From Isurus oxyrinchus (Eukaryota), in assembly GCA_026770705.1 (NCBI GenBank), contig JANJGN010000029.1, positions 22,816,001 to 22,880,000 on the forward strand: 64,000 nucleotides of DNA. The letters are read 5' to 3'. This document shows, one piece after another, positions 35,142-47,405 of the stretch (positions within the stretch are counted from its first letter, which is position 1; every line of letters begins with the position of its first letter). A program made the position numbers and the translations under genes. The notes below the pieces were generated by a model. The model saw only the letters and a list, made by a program, of their open reading frames with translations, was not told the origin of the DNA and made no database searches.

Positions 35142-36373
35142 TAAAGATTATTTACGAATCTATGAAATGCATGTACAAAAAATGTATTTCATCTTGAAAT
35201 CTCTATTTTCAAGTGACACCCACCCTGCACTCGTTTCATGTAGAGTCCTAATTTCACTCCTGAAAGGTCTGGCTTTAAATTTTAGGCCATGCCCCTTCGT
35301 CCTAGACTCTCCTTAATTGCCCCCTTTTAATATCTTTGAAAACTTTGATCAAATAGCCCTTTAACCTTCTCTCTTCCAGCCGCTGGTCACATCCTGCCAA
35401 TTGGATACCTGCCCATTTTCTGTAAAGGAATTTATGAAATGTTATTACCTGGAATAAGTGACAGTGGTGTAGGCGAAACACCACAAGACAGAAATCATTT
35501 GTCCAGGGTATAAAATTAAAGTTGACTTGGATTTCCCCTTCATAATTACACTATCACTGTAGACCCAAAGCTTAGAGTTTATAACTAAACTAGGAGATTG
35601 CACTTATCAGGCAAGCCTTTTACTCGAAAAGAGACTGAGCTGTGAGCTCTTGGAGGTCTTTAAGATTATGGAAAGGTTTGATTATAGGAAATGTTAGAAG
35701 CTGTATTCGCTTGTGGATGAGACCAAAACTAGAGGCCATAAATAAAAGATAGTCACTAATAAATCCAAAAGGGAATTCAGTAGAAGCTACTACTTTATGC
35801 AGAGAACAGTGAGAATGTAGTTGAGGTGAAGAGTGAACAGAATTGAAGGATACATTGATGAAGAGGGATGGACAGACACTCATGAGCATAAACATTAACA
35901 TAGATATTTTAGGCTGAATGGCCTGCTTCTTGGTTGTATTCTGCATACGAGAAGGAAAGAGAAAGCTGAATGTTGTTTTGTCCCATTGGAAAAGCTGCAT
36001 TTGGTGTTATGAAATGGGTACTGCAACTGTGCAGTGAATTTATGATTTTTTAATTTATTTATGATTTTTCTGTATGTCCATGTACTCAAAAAGCCGATTC
36101 AGACCATGCACCTGTGAATTGTTCAAGGGATAATTGATGCTCTTGTCGTCTATAACCTTCAGCCCCAACCCTGTGCGGAGTTGATTCTGTTCTAACTTGT
36201 GTACTTATCCAGCTTGCCCTTAAGTACTTGCGGATATGCCCATAAATCAGGCTACGTAGGTCTGATGCATGCGATTTGTGCGCACAAGATAATTCGAATT
36301 GCTGACCTTTCCTTAAATAAAATAAGAGAGCTTCACTGATTTAAGCTTCGTTTCTGGTTTTTGTATTTTTCAG

Positions 36374-36417
36374 GTCAATCAGGCACTTGCAGGAGGCCTC
36401 GAGCACAGATGGTAAAG
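36374..36417 (+). CDS. GPR108: GPR108 exon 14 (WSIRHLQEASSTDGK)
   Basis: 44 nt, phases 2/1. Confidence 0.96.
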
Positions 36418-36440
36418 GTAAGCTTGATAGTCTGACAGTT

Positions 36441-36714
36441 AAATGAAAGGCAATAACAAAAACAGAATTACCTGGAAAAACTCAGCAGGTCTGGCAGCAT
36501 CGGCGGAGAAGAAAAGAGTTGACGTATCGAGTCCTCATGACCCTTTGACAGAACTGTAGTTCTGTCGAAGGGTCATGAGGACTCGAAACGTCAACTCTTT
36601 TCTTCTCTGCCGATGCTGCCAGACCTGCTGAGTTTTTCCAGGTAATTCTGTTTTTGTTTTGGATTTCCAGCATCCGCAGTTCTTTTGTTTTTATCCAAAT
36701 GAAAGGCAATAACA
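36441..36714. mobile_element. Fold-back Penelope-derived mini-element with 18-bp TSD and hammerhead-like motif
   Basis: Arms 36455-36555 and 36558-36658 are near-perfect reverse complements. TSD aaatgaaaggcaataaca at 36441-36458 and 36697-36714. Confidence 0.85.
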
Positions 36715-36869
36715 GGTTATTCCAGGGTAACTCCATTCGATTTGACTCTATTTTAGAAAACATACCAATGAAGTGGAGATGATGCTACAATATTGCTAGT
36801 ACACTATATCATGCGCTACTTGTGTGGTATACTTCAGCTTATCTTCCTTTGCCATTTTTCTCTCCTTCC

Positions 36870-37180
36870 CATCTTTTTGTGGACCCTTGCTTGGGTGTAG
36901 GCGAGAGTTGCATTCCTGTATTTTGGTTCCAAGAGCCCATTGTTTACCTATAAGGTGATTCCCCAGTAGGATATTGAGCTGGAAATCACAGCGGAGCTGA
37001 GCCCAGACTGTCCTTGCCGAATGACCAGAGATGCATGCCTCTAGCCAGCAGACGTTGCTGACTGCGCAATGAGAGCACTCGACTTTGTTTCCCTTAATCA
37101 AAGACATTGGGACCTAGAAGATCCCTGGTTGAGACTGGAAAAAACCCCAGGTTTCAATCTGTGTGGCTCAGCTACTTGGT
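36870..37180 (-). mobile_element. Old SINE, family C (LF-SINE-like), degenerate; similar decayed copies near 8620-8900, 37755-37960, 52640-52880 and 56030-56210
   Basis: Shared blocks such as atcacagc...gagcccagactgtcct and aaatcagccag...ttcct. The family name is from memory. Confidence 0.45.
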
Positions 37181-37389
37181 CACTGAAGAGTTCTGCTGTT
37201 CACAATTCTTAAAGCTATTGAGGCACCTGGACTGTCACGTCCTGCACGGCCCCACCCCCACCACTCACTTCCTCTGCCCCCAAGGGCGCTTAAATCATGC
37301 TGTAGAAATGCTATTTCCTCCCTTCCTCTGGACTAAGCTCTATCTGTATATTAACTCAAGATTCTTTTCCAAGGGCAGAGCTTAATAGG

Positions 37390-37720
37390 AACAATAGGCC
37401 ATTCAGCCCCTTGAGACTGGTCTGCCATTCAGTGCGGTCATGGCTGATCATCTGCATCAAATCCACTTTCTTGCTATCTCCCCATATCCCTTGATTTGTT
37501 TAATCTCCAAAAAGCAATTGATTCAGCCACGAATGTACTCAACAACTGAGCATCCACAGCCCTTTGGGCTCCAATTCCCAAGATCAGAACCCTCTGAGTA
37601 AATGAATCTAGTCCTAACAGCTGACCTGTTATCCTGAGACTGTGACCCCTTGTTCTAGACTCTCCAGTCAGAGGAAATGCTCTCTTGGCATCTACCCTGT
37701 CAAACCCTCAAGAATTTTAT
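37390..37720 (-). mobile_element. CR1 3' fragment
   Basis: taggccattcagcccc...gtcatggctgatc...catctaccctgtcaaaccctcaagaattttata. Confidence 0.8.
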
Positions 37721-38089
37721 AGGAAAAGACATTTTTGGTCCAATTGGTCTTATCCCTACAATAGGAAGGGGGAGAAATCAGCCAGTGTTCCTATTTATGA
37801 TTGTGACTTTTCAGCACTTATTGGAAGTGTGTATATGATGATGGCTTTGGGATGACTTGTCATGCCCTGTAGTTGAATATTGGGCCAGTACCCATAGCAT
37901 ACACTCATTTGCCACTCATGGACATGAACTACTGTCTGAGCCTTTGTCCTTGGAAGGAAAATGATTGGGGGTTGTGGGGACAGATAAGAGGATAACTTGC
38001 TGCATAACTGAGAAAATTATGAAACTGGTAACGCAGTCTCAATTTTCATCATTAATTTTATTTTCCCTCCTGATATTTTTTATCTCTAG

Positions 38090-38139
38090 CTGCAATGAAT
38101 CTGGCCAAATTGAAACTCTTCAGGCATTTTTATGTCATG
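38090..38139 (+). CDS. GPR108: GPR108 exon 15 (AAMNLAKLKLFRHFYVM)
   Basis: 50 nt, phases 1/0, donor ATG|gtacgt. Confidence 0.96.
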
Positions 38140-38529
38140 GTACGTACATGCGCAGTGTTACTGTGAGATGCTTGGGTATGTGTTTACTATGTGGGCTTTG
38201 TTGTTGTTTCCTGGATGTTGCTCAGGATTGAGCGAGAGCTGCTTAAACGCTCGTGTATGTGAGAGTGGCAATTAAGTTCTGGCTGGGCCAACTTGGATTT
38301 TATAAAGAGTTAGGAGTGAGAGAAATGTTTGGCGTGGGAGAGTTAATCCAACCTTTGGGAAGTAGGTTTCACGGTGCACGGATGTGGTGGCTCCATTTGA
38401 GTTTGTTGGAGTTAGTGAGGCCAAGTACATCACAGATGGAAGATCCCATCCAACTTTAACAGTGGTGGTTGTTGGTTAGTCCTCAGCAACAAGTCTTCTC
38501 CCCTTTTTGTGGATACCTTCGCCGGTGAT

Positions 38530-38910
38530 ATTTTGACAGAGTTTAGAGGAAGGAGAGATGATCTCACTGAAATTATGAAACTCTCAAGAGGGCTTAAAAA
38601 GGGTGGACACCTGAGAGGCTGTTTCTCCCTGGCTGGAGAGTCGAGAACTAGGGATCGCGGTTTTAGGATAAGAATCGGACATTTAGAACTGAGATGAGAA
38701 ATTTCTTCACTCCGAGGGTTGTGAATTTTGGAGTTATGTACCGTAGTGGGCCGTGGATGCTCAGTCAAGAGTGTAATTGATCAGTTTTTGCACTGAAGGA
38801 AATGAAGTGCTATGGGGTGGCAGGAAAGTGAAAGTCAACCATGCTTGTAATTAATGGCAGAGCAGGCTTGAGGGTCTGTGTAGTGTGCTGCTGTTCTATT
38901 TCTTATGTTT
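38530..38910 (+). mobile_element. CR1 3' fragment
   Basis: EFRGRRDDLTEIMK...GESRTRDRGFRIR, followed by the tail. Confidence 0.75.
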
Positions 38911-39016
38911 TTGCATTGTTGCATGGGAGGTACACAGATGTAGGATGGAATATTGGAGGGCACAGACCTACCATATTTATTGTGAATTCCTATGTCTTTT
39001 GTTATGTTTCTAATAG

Positions 39017-39130
<114 letters not shown>

Positions 39131-39494
39131 TGAGCATCTAATGGTTAGGATCAGCACTTTTGGTTATTTATAAACAGGAGAGAAAAGTGTAACAACAGAA
39201 TGGTGAAATATGGCAGTCTTAGCCTGATACAGATGGTGGAATGTTATCAAGGGGCAATGTCTCAAAGCTTGTGGAAATTGGGACTTTGGGTTTCAGTTGT
39301 TCAACTGTTGTAAATAAGGTTAATGGTGCATAGATTTGTCCATTATAAAGCTGGAGTAGCAATTGTGTTTGTATTGTGGTATAATCAGAAGTGTAAAAAA
39401 AAACTACAAATCAAAAGCTTAAAGTTTAAACCTTTCAGCAATTTCCATATAGAACCATTTTACTTATTAAAGACTTGTAATTTTTTTAAACACA

Positions 39495-40275
39495 ACAACG
39501 GAAAAACTCAGATCTAACAGCATCTTTGGAGATAAAAACAGTTAACGTTTCGAGTCCGTATGACTCTTCAGAGCGAAAGAGAAGTAAAAATGTCATGAAA
39601 TTTATACTGTTTAAAGGGGGGTGGAGCAGGTGAAGCTGGATAGAAGGCCAACAATAGGTGGGGCAAAGGAGAGATTGCCAAAGACGTCATGGACAAAGTG
39701 GGTGCTAATGGTAGTGGTATGGGCTAAAGGAGGTGCTGATGGTGGCATTAAGGTAAGAGAGCAGAGTGTGATAATAGGACAAGGGTAAGCACTGTGGAAT
39801 GAACAACAGGAACAAGTGACAGATGGCCCTTGTGAGGGTCGGGGGAGGGGATGATGGTGGGAAAAAAGATCGAAAATAGGATAAAAGTTGGGGATAAAAC
39901 AATGAATAAAAGTAAGTGGATAAAAAATAAAAATGAATATTGAAAAAAGAGATTAAAAAAAGGGGTGGAGATGGAGGAGAGAGCTCATGGTCTGAAGTTG
40001 TTGAACTCAATGTTAAGTCTGGAAGGCTGTAAAGTGCCTAATTGGAAGATGAGGTGCTGTTCCTCCAGTTTGCATTGAGTTTCACTGAACATTGCAGCAG
40101 GCCAAAGATGGACATGTGGCCATGAGAGCAGGGTGGAGTGTTGAAATGGCAAGCAACAGGAAGGTCTGGGTAATGCTTGCGGACAGACCGAAGGTGCTCC
40201 ACAAAGCGGTCACCCAGTTTGCGTTTGTCTCTCCAATGTAGAGGAGGCTGCATTGGGAACAATGAATGCAGTGGA
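39495..40275 (-). mobile_element. Penelope-like element 3' part: GIY-YIG endonuclease remnant and pseudo-LTR
   Basis: ORF 40038..40262 (KRKLGDRFVEHLRSV...DLPVACHFN), then a frameshifted KLEEQHLIF.LGTLQP..LNIEFNNF. The downstream pLTR carries gactcgaaacgttaact. Confidence 0.85.
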
Positions 40276-40419
40276 CAATGCAGTTTTTATACTTCTGATT
40301 ATCAATATATGTCCCAGGAACTTCAATCGTTGTTGGGGCTTGTTTTTTGCTTGCTTTTTTTTAAGGAAAACCAGAGTGTCTCTTAAGTACAAAGAAAATG
40401 CACTTTGAAAGATTATTAA

Positions 40420-40760
40420 CAACAACATGCAACTGTATAGTGCCTTTTAACTTAGAAAAATATCCTGAAAGGAATGGGCAAAACACGTGATAAGAAAAAA
40501 TGGAGGTTAGAAAGGTTGAAAAGGATTGGGTTTTAAGGAATGTCTAAAAGGAGAGAAGGGAAGTGGAGGTTCAAAGAGGGAATACCAAGACTGGGATCTA
40601 GGTGACTGAAGGAATAGCTGCCAAGGTTAATGCAAAAGGGATGTATAAAATGCTGCAGTCGAAGGAACGGAGAGCTCATCTGTGGGGTTGTAGTGCTGGA
40701 AGAGGTTGTGGAAACGGGGTGAGGGAAGGCTGTAGGAAGATTTAAAGACAAGATTAAGTG
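40420..40760 (-). mobile_element. L2 3' fragment
   Basis: Similar to 15260-15650 and 24350-24810. Confidence 0.6.
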
Positions 40761-41815
40761 TTGACCTTTTGTGTTATTTAGATAAAATAATCCAGAGTAT
40801 CATCGTAAAATAGGCAGGACAATGGTACCAGAAATTAAACACGTTAACTTATGAGAAATAGATTTAAATTAGATACCCGAAGGAACTTCTTCACATACAT
40901 GGGATAAACATTTTGGTATAATCTGTCAGGTAAGACAGTAGAGATTGAACGTGTTGGAATAGTAGAGAGATGAGCTTTGCTGGGACAGATATCCTTTTCA
41001 TGTTCTTGATTTGTATTATGTTTTAATTTATTTTATATTAAGCATTATTTTATTTATTGAAGAGCCTTGACAACTGATTTGATTCCTAAAGGATCTTACG
41101 ATTCTGACATTAAAAGCTAGGGATAGAATTTCAGCTTTGGACGCAGCTGGCAAACAATGTGAACCCTGCTTGAAATTGCACTATTTTTCCTAAGTGAATT
41201 TATGGTTCAAGTTTCTCCTCAAATTCAATTGTATAATTGCAAACATAAAATCTTCAAAACCACAACTGGGCAGCATAATAGAATGTAAATCTTCTTCCTT
41301 GCATTGAAATAATTCCTTGATATAATTAGAAGTGAATAGTTGGGGCAGTTTTATCACAAAATTGGAGTGTTTCACCCACAGAAAGCTATGCTGGGAAATT
41401 TACTAGTTTCATTGGTGTATAGTATTCAGTTTCTTGGTAAATTAAATACTTTTTAATATTTACAATATTTTTATAACATACCTCCCTATGAGCCTTTATT
41501 TATATAAAAAAAAATCCGAACTTCATTTTGGAGAGTCTTCCTGAACACTGCAGTCAGTGGAAAATCACCGCACTCTTATTTTGATTTGAGGGCAGGGCCT
41601 TTTGGCATTTACTGAACCAGCATTAGAGATAGCAGAACGTTGATTCAACTCTACGTAACATATGCTTGAAGTTTCTTGATCCATTACACTGGTTTGCCTG
41701 ATTCAGGCAAACTGTGCTGGTAGAACCAGCAGAAACACTAATCCCTGATGTTTTTGGCATTCCACACCCTGTAATTTGTTACTTTTCTAATTTTTTGTTT
41801 TAAAAAACTCATTAG

Positions 41816-41938
<123 letters not shown>

Positions 41939-43463
41939 TAAGTATCTAGACCTATTCACACAGTAGCAATTGGTCAGAACTCCATTGCCTGCATCAGTAA
42001 CAACAGCTGGGCATTTCCTTTTGGGAGGGCAGAAGATTAAAAAAAAATTTTTTTTTTTTTTTTTTTGCACTAATACACATGATGAATTTAAAAGCTGGTT
42101 GACTTATTTGTCCGCATGGTTCCTGTAACCTACCAACCAGTTTTAAGCCACTATATTTCCAATGACCCTTGTCTGGCGCTGTATTCGCATCTCTGTAGCT
42201 TCAGCACTTGCCCCACGTTTTAACATGCCTTTAGATAAATAGTGAATTATAACTGAAGTTTAGGAAATCTGAGATCCGGAATGCGCTGCCTAAAAGGACA
42301 GTGGAAGCAGATTTGACAGTAACTTTTGGAAGGGAATTGGATAAATACTTGAAGGGGAAAGATTTGCAAGGCTGTGGGGAGAGAGCAGAGACTGGTCTGA
42401 AAATGGAAAGTTCTTTAATTTCTTAAATATGAATTTGGGTGTATATTTGATTCTTAAATTTGTGCCCAGGATGTCAAGTTCCAGCAGAGGCAGAAATGTA
42501 TGAGTAATAATAAGTTTACATGGAATTCATACATATGTTTTTCATTAATTTTTGTTTTTGCACTTTGCTTGTGCAGTATATGTCTGCTATAGATTTAATA
42601 TTGTTTTGCAAGGTGCTATGAATTAATTTGTATTCGACGGTAGTTAACATGACTGTATAACTGCACTATTTTTACATAAATCTAGATTGGTGAAAATTGG
42701 AGTAGTAGAAGAAAGCCTCTTAAAAGTGGTGACTGAACCAGTTTTTTTTTGGTTAATCTGTGATTGGTTTAAAAGGACAAGTATAGTTCAAGGGGAGTAG
42801 CCTCAAGTGCACCCCAAGTTCCCATCCTAGAAAGCTGTATCCAGCAAATGTTTATGCCCCCCTTTTTTTTTTAAAGTCACTGTATTTGCTGCTTTAATGT
42901 GTTTGCATCAACTCCCTACCATACTCACTTGTGCTAGCCTTGGTGAGCACCCACATCAGCTCCATCCACCCCAAAAGGGCTGGCACTCCAGATCAGTCCA
43001 TGAGCTGATCTGGAGCTACCCAGCTCAACTGAGTACGCAGCTTGTAGTGTGTTGCACCAAGCAGCAGCTCGATAGTGCCAGTCCCCATTGATGTGTATGG
43101 TGGCAGCCATGGGTCCACATGGTTTCTTGATCCCTAATCATGGACTCAGTGACACCATCAGAGACGCCAAGGAGGTAAGATGGGAGAAGATGCCAAACTT
43201 TGCTAGATAGGTAGATATCTTCCTTTCTGCCTCCTTAACCAAACCAAATCTAAAGTACCTCCAAAAATCATTCCTGTCCTTGCTCACCCAATTTTGAAGG
43301 GTTCTTTCATTAGAATTGAGGATGTTTTTGAAATTGCCCTAAAAAGTCAAAGGACATCCCTGTTGCACTATCGCCACATCTGACCCCATCTCCTTCTAGC
43401 AGCTTTTCACACAGTTGACCACGCCAGCCTTCTCCATTCTCCAGCTGTTTGGGACACCTTAGC

Positions 43464-43610
43464 CTGGTTTGACTCTTAGTTACAGAGTTCCAAAGAAGAG
43501 TCATTTTGTCCTCAAAATGTTAACTCTGTTTATCTCCCCACAGAAGCTGCCAGACCTGCTAAGTTTTTCCAGCACTTTGTTTATATTTCAGATCTCTGGT
43601 TTGACTCTTA
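43464..43610 (+). mobile_element. Short Penelope-derived insert with 15-bp TSD
   Basis: ctggtttgactctta at 43464-43478 and 43596-43610, around gaagagtca...gttaactctg...gctgccagacctgct. Confidence 0.75.
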
Positions 43611-44020
43611 ATTATCTAGTTGCAGTCTGCAACGGCTTCTCTTCTCACACTTGAAGCCACCCCTCCCTCCACCCGAAAGATCTATCTTTGGCCCCTTCCT
43701 ATTCCTTGTCTACATGCGACCTCATCATCTGAAGACATGATGTCAGTTTCCATGTGTACACTCTATGTCACCACTTCCTCTCCCCTTTCAGTGTTGCACT
43801 GAAGTTTCATCCTGCATTATGTGCTGGAGTTGCTTTGTTTTTAACAGCCCCATACTAGTATATCTGTGCTGCTTTGGAGGGGAAAATGTGGCATTAAAGC
43901 CCATGTCAGTGTGAATTGTGGAATAAGCCTTGGCCTGTGTGGTGGAACACGATTCTGGCAAGACGACATACAGATCGGATGGTGGTATTGACTTATCCAA
44001 AAATGTGTTTTCCCCTTAAG

Positions 44021-44108
44021 AGTGACTGAGTCGGGTTTGCTGGCAAGTGTGACCAGAGTGAAGAAGAGCAACTATGAGAGGGAACAAATCCGTGATTCCT
44101 CAGTATGA
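44021..44108 (+). CDS. GPR108: GPR108 exon 18, last coding exon (VVTESGLLASVTRVKKSNYEREQIRDSSV*)
   Basis: ttttccccttaag acceptor, phase 2. The T.SG....V.K pattern matches family C-termini. Total CDS is 1701 nt (566 aa) with the first exon-5 donor. Confidence 0.85.
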
Positions 44109-45320
44109 AACTTGGCAATTTAGAACTGATGCTTACCAAGGAAGCGAGGCCCACTTAGATCTCCACATGGACATTGGGAGAGGAATTGGTGCAGGAATTC
44201 TAAATGGATAAAATGTGTTGGTAAATACGGTTGCAATTCCAGTTATATAACTGTTAGGCAAATAAATGTGACTGATTGACTTGTATATATGTAATACATA
44301 TAAGATATATCTTTATATAACCCAGTACATTGGAGTATCTCTTTCTGAATCTTTATGACCAAACCGGTGCAAGTGGAAAGCAGAGTTTTGACACTGATGT
44401 GGCAGATAAACTTTATTATTTGAAGCAGTTTTCCTTTTAAATTTTGTAGTATCCGCTCTCATAGTACTGTCCTTTTGCCAGAATGACTTTTTTTTAACTG
44501 CTGGTGGCCCCACTCTGACAGATGAGCACATTATGCTGTGGCGTAACATTTCCTTAGCCTCTTCTATAAGACCTTTTTGCGAATCCAGTACCAGCAAACA
44601 AGGCTACAAAACTCTCTTGACCGGTTCAAAAGAATTGCAGACTGCAGCTTGTCAGTCTCCAGCTTAAATCTGTTGGTGAGATTCTTGTGTAGAGAACCTG
44701 TACTGTACTGAAACACATCATCACATCATGTGAGTGCACTTAATTTTTTACAAGTGTACATTGGTAGCAGGGAAAACAATTCAGAACATATTGGACGGTT
44801 TTTCCTGCATCTGATAACTTCTTGATTTTATAAAACGTTCATCCCTTTCCTTAGGGAGTGGTGGGATGGGAGAAAATGTCAGTGGGAGAAGAATGTTAAA
44901 AGTCCAACTTCCCAATACATTTGGTGGAGAGGGTGCAAAAATTAGTTTGTTGAGTTTCAGAAGCAGAGGAGAGAGACTTTTTCCCTCGAACTGTCTTGGT
45001 TACATGCATATGGAATTCAGGCACGTTTTGATTGAGGTACTGACATTCTGTTTAACTCTCGAACTGGCGCTAGTGCAATTTTACTCCTGATTTCCGGAGC
45101 ACTGTTTAAAAATGACCCATTTTGTAATGTATTTATTTTCAGTAACTTCAGTGCTGTATTGTGAAGAACTTCTGATTTGAGTTTCCTGTTTTAGAGAGGG
45201 TTTGAACCAGTGCAATGAGGGAATGATAACTTGTATAAAAATTGATGTTTATAAGAAAATTGTTTGTGGGCATAAATAGTTATAAATTTTCTTACAACCC
45301 TACGTAGGATACATATTTAA

Positions 45321-45968
45321 AATAAAAACTTTTCTGCTTTTAAATTTGTATTCCCAGTGCTCAAATTATGGCATTCTTGAAGAATTGTTAAAATCAAGTT
45401 TATTTTTTATTTTGGCATTACCTTCCCTCTAGCTTTGCTTCCCTTCTCTCTGTGTGCGTCTCTGTCACTCTGGGCCTGACAGCAGGTCCCAATGACTGTT
45501 CTTGTGTGAGCTTACATAATGACTGTTGGGTGGCTGATGTGAGGGAAGGTCATCACCATCGAGCCAGACCCTGATCTCCAAACATCAACACGAGTGCCTT
45601 TTCCAGCAGTTTGTCTTGACCAGTTACTTGTTGACTAAGACAGTTGATCACTCTGGCTGGCATCGCCACATCTGTGTCTTATAGCCATGTGGAACTATGA
45701 TGTCCTCGTGATGAAATTTGTTGTACAACCCAGACTTGTAGAGGCAATGTAAAAGCAATAATCAACAGCATAAGTGTTCTATGGTTTTTAACTTGACCCA
45801 TTGTACATACTTGTTTTAGAACTGGAAACCGGTTTCAATTAGTTTCTTTTTGGAGCCCAGAATTGTGAAAATGCCTGCTGTGTATTTATTTTCTCCTTTA
45901 TAAATAAGTTTATGCTTTAAAACGGTTCATCGTTGCTGTAACTAGGTTTTATTTTTAACAGAAATAAA
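45321..45968 (+). terminator. Candidate GPR108 polyadenylation signals (AATAAA at 45321 and 45963; also 44261)
   Basis: AATAAA hexamers followed by T/GT-rich tracts. The site actually used is unknown. Confidence 0.4.
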
Positions 45969-45995
45969 CTCTGCTCTAAGTCACTGGATCAAGAC

Positions 45996-46013
45996 GTTGT
46001 TGTTGTTGTTGTT
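45996..46013 (+). repeat. (GTT)6 microsatellite
   Basis: Read directly from the sequence. Confidence 0.85.
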
Positions 46014-47019
46014 GCTGTGTCACTGGAGGTTTAAATAATTCTGGAGTGAAGAAATGGATTTGAGACCCATTGTGATCCGGTGCAAAGCTCTTGTCGCGGG
46101 TTGGCCTCCAGCTTTAGAAACCTCCTGATCATCAATCCATTGAATCCAATAGAAAGAAACGTCAGTCATTTCCTATAACAGGCATTAGAATCACAGTCCC
46201 GGTTTTACGTCTGATCAAGTTGAAACCTACCCTGTGCTGCCGCTGCCACTCCCCCCTTCCCCTACCCCACCCCACCATGCGTAGTTAAATAATAGCTTTC
46301 ATTTTCAGAGGCAGACCTGGGTATCCTGGGTTTTGTTTCGATTGCTTCCTGATTTTAATTTTTTTTTTAACAAAACATCTGCACACCAATTTATTTTCTG
46401 GACTCAGTTTTGAAATGTACAATTTTGTCTGAGTTTATTTTTAAAACAGAAGAATTAGATTTTTCTTGCGTGGTAGTGGAATCCATTTGCTGTGTTAAAT
46501 AGTCTGCTTCTGCAATTTGATCTGCCTTATTGCTAAAAAGAAATTCATTGAGGTTGTAAACTATCAACTTTTTCTAATGTTTTGAAGTTTGTGAGTTGAT
46601 TTGTTACTTCTCATTTGTCTTATTATTCAAAATGATTCTTTTCTTGACTGCTTTCCCCTTCAAGTGGTGACGTATGAACCTCTTTATTTTATTATTGATC
46701 CTCTGGATGTAATTGATATTTATTGTCCATACCTAATTTCACAGAAGAGAACGTGCCAACTGAGATTTCCATGGCCACTTCAGAGATCCTTTAAGAGGTA
46801 GTGTAGGACTGAAGTCCATATAGTCCCAGACCAGGTAAGGACAGTGGGTTTCCATTCCTAAAGGATATTAGTGAAGCAGTTGGGTTTTAATGACAAATCC
46901 TAAAAGTTTCAAGGTCACTTTATAGATCGACTTGAAGACTTAAGAAGAAAAAAATCTTAATTCAAATTCTCAATCATTTTGTGGGATTTGAATTCACTTT
47001 CCTAGAATCTTCGAATAAT

Positions 47020-47405
47020 ACAGCACAGGAGACCATTTAGTCTATCTTGCCAATGCCAGATCTATGGTAAAGCTAACCAACTGGTCTTGCTCCCCTGTTC
47101 TTTCCCTATAGCCTGTAATTACTTTCCATCAACTATGTATTCAATTCCCTTTTGAAATTTTATTGTTGAATCTGTTTCCACAACCCTTCTGGCAGAGCAT
47201 AACGCTGCGTAAATATATTTTTTAAAAAAAAGCCTTCCTGTATGCCTCCTGATTCTTTTGCCAATTATCTTAAATCTGTGTCCTCCGGTTAACAACCCAT
47301 CTGCCAGGGGCAGCAGATTCTTCCCATTTACTCTGTCAAAACACTTCATAATTTTGAACACCTCAGTTAAATTCCCCCTTAACCTTTTCTGCTCTGAGGT
47401 GAATA
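47020..47405 (-). mobile_element. CR1 3' fragment
   Basis: ORF 47119..47361 (FKIMKCFDRVNGKNLLPL...TGGHRFKI). Confidence 0.8.

Noticed and set aside
36455-36658. pre-miRNA or classical MITE interpretation of the hairpin
   Set aside because: The arms are Penelope pLTR sequence, the element is asymmetric with an extra tail on one side, and the TSD is long and variable (14-18 bp), unlike the fixed TSDs of DNA transposons.
44005-44020. U12-type intron suggested by ttccccttaag near the last GPR108 acceptor
   Set aside because: The donor of this intron is gtaagt (U2-type), not gtatcctt, and the motif overlaps the AG itself.
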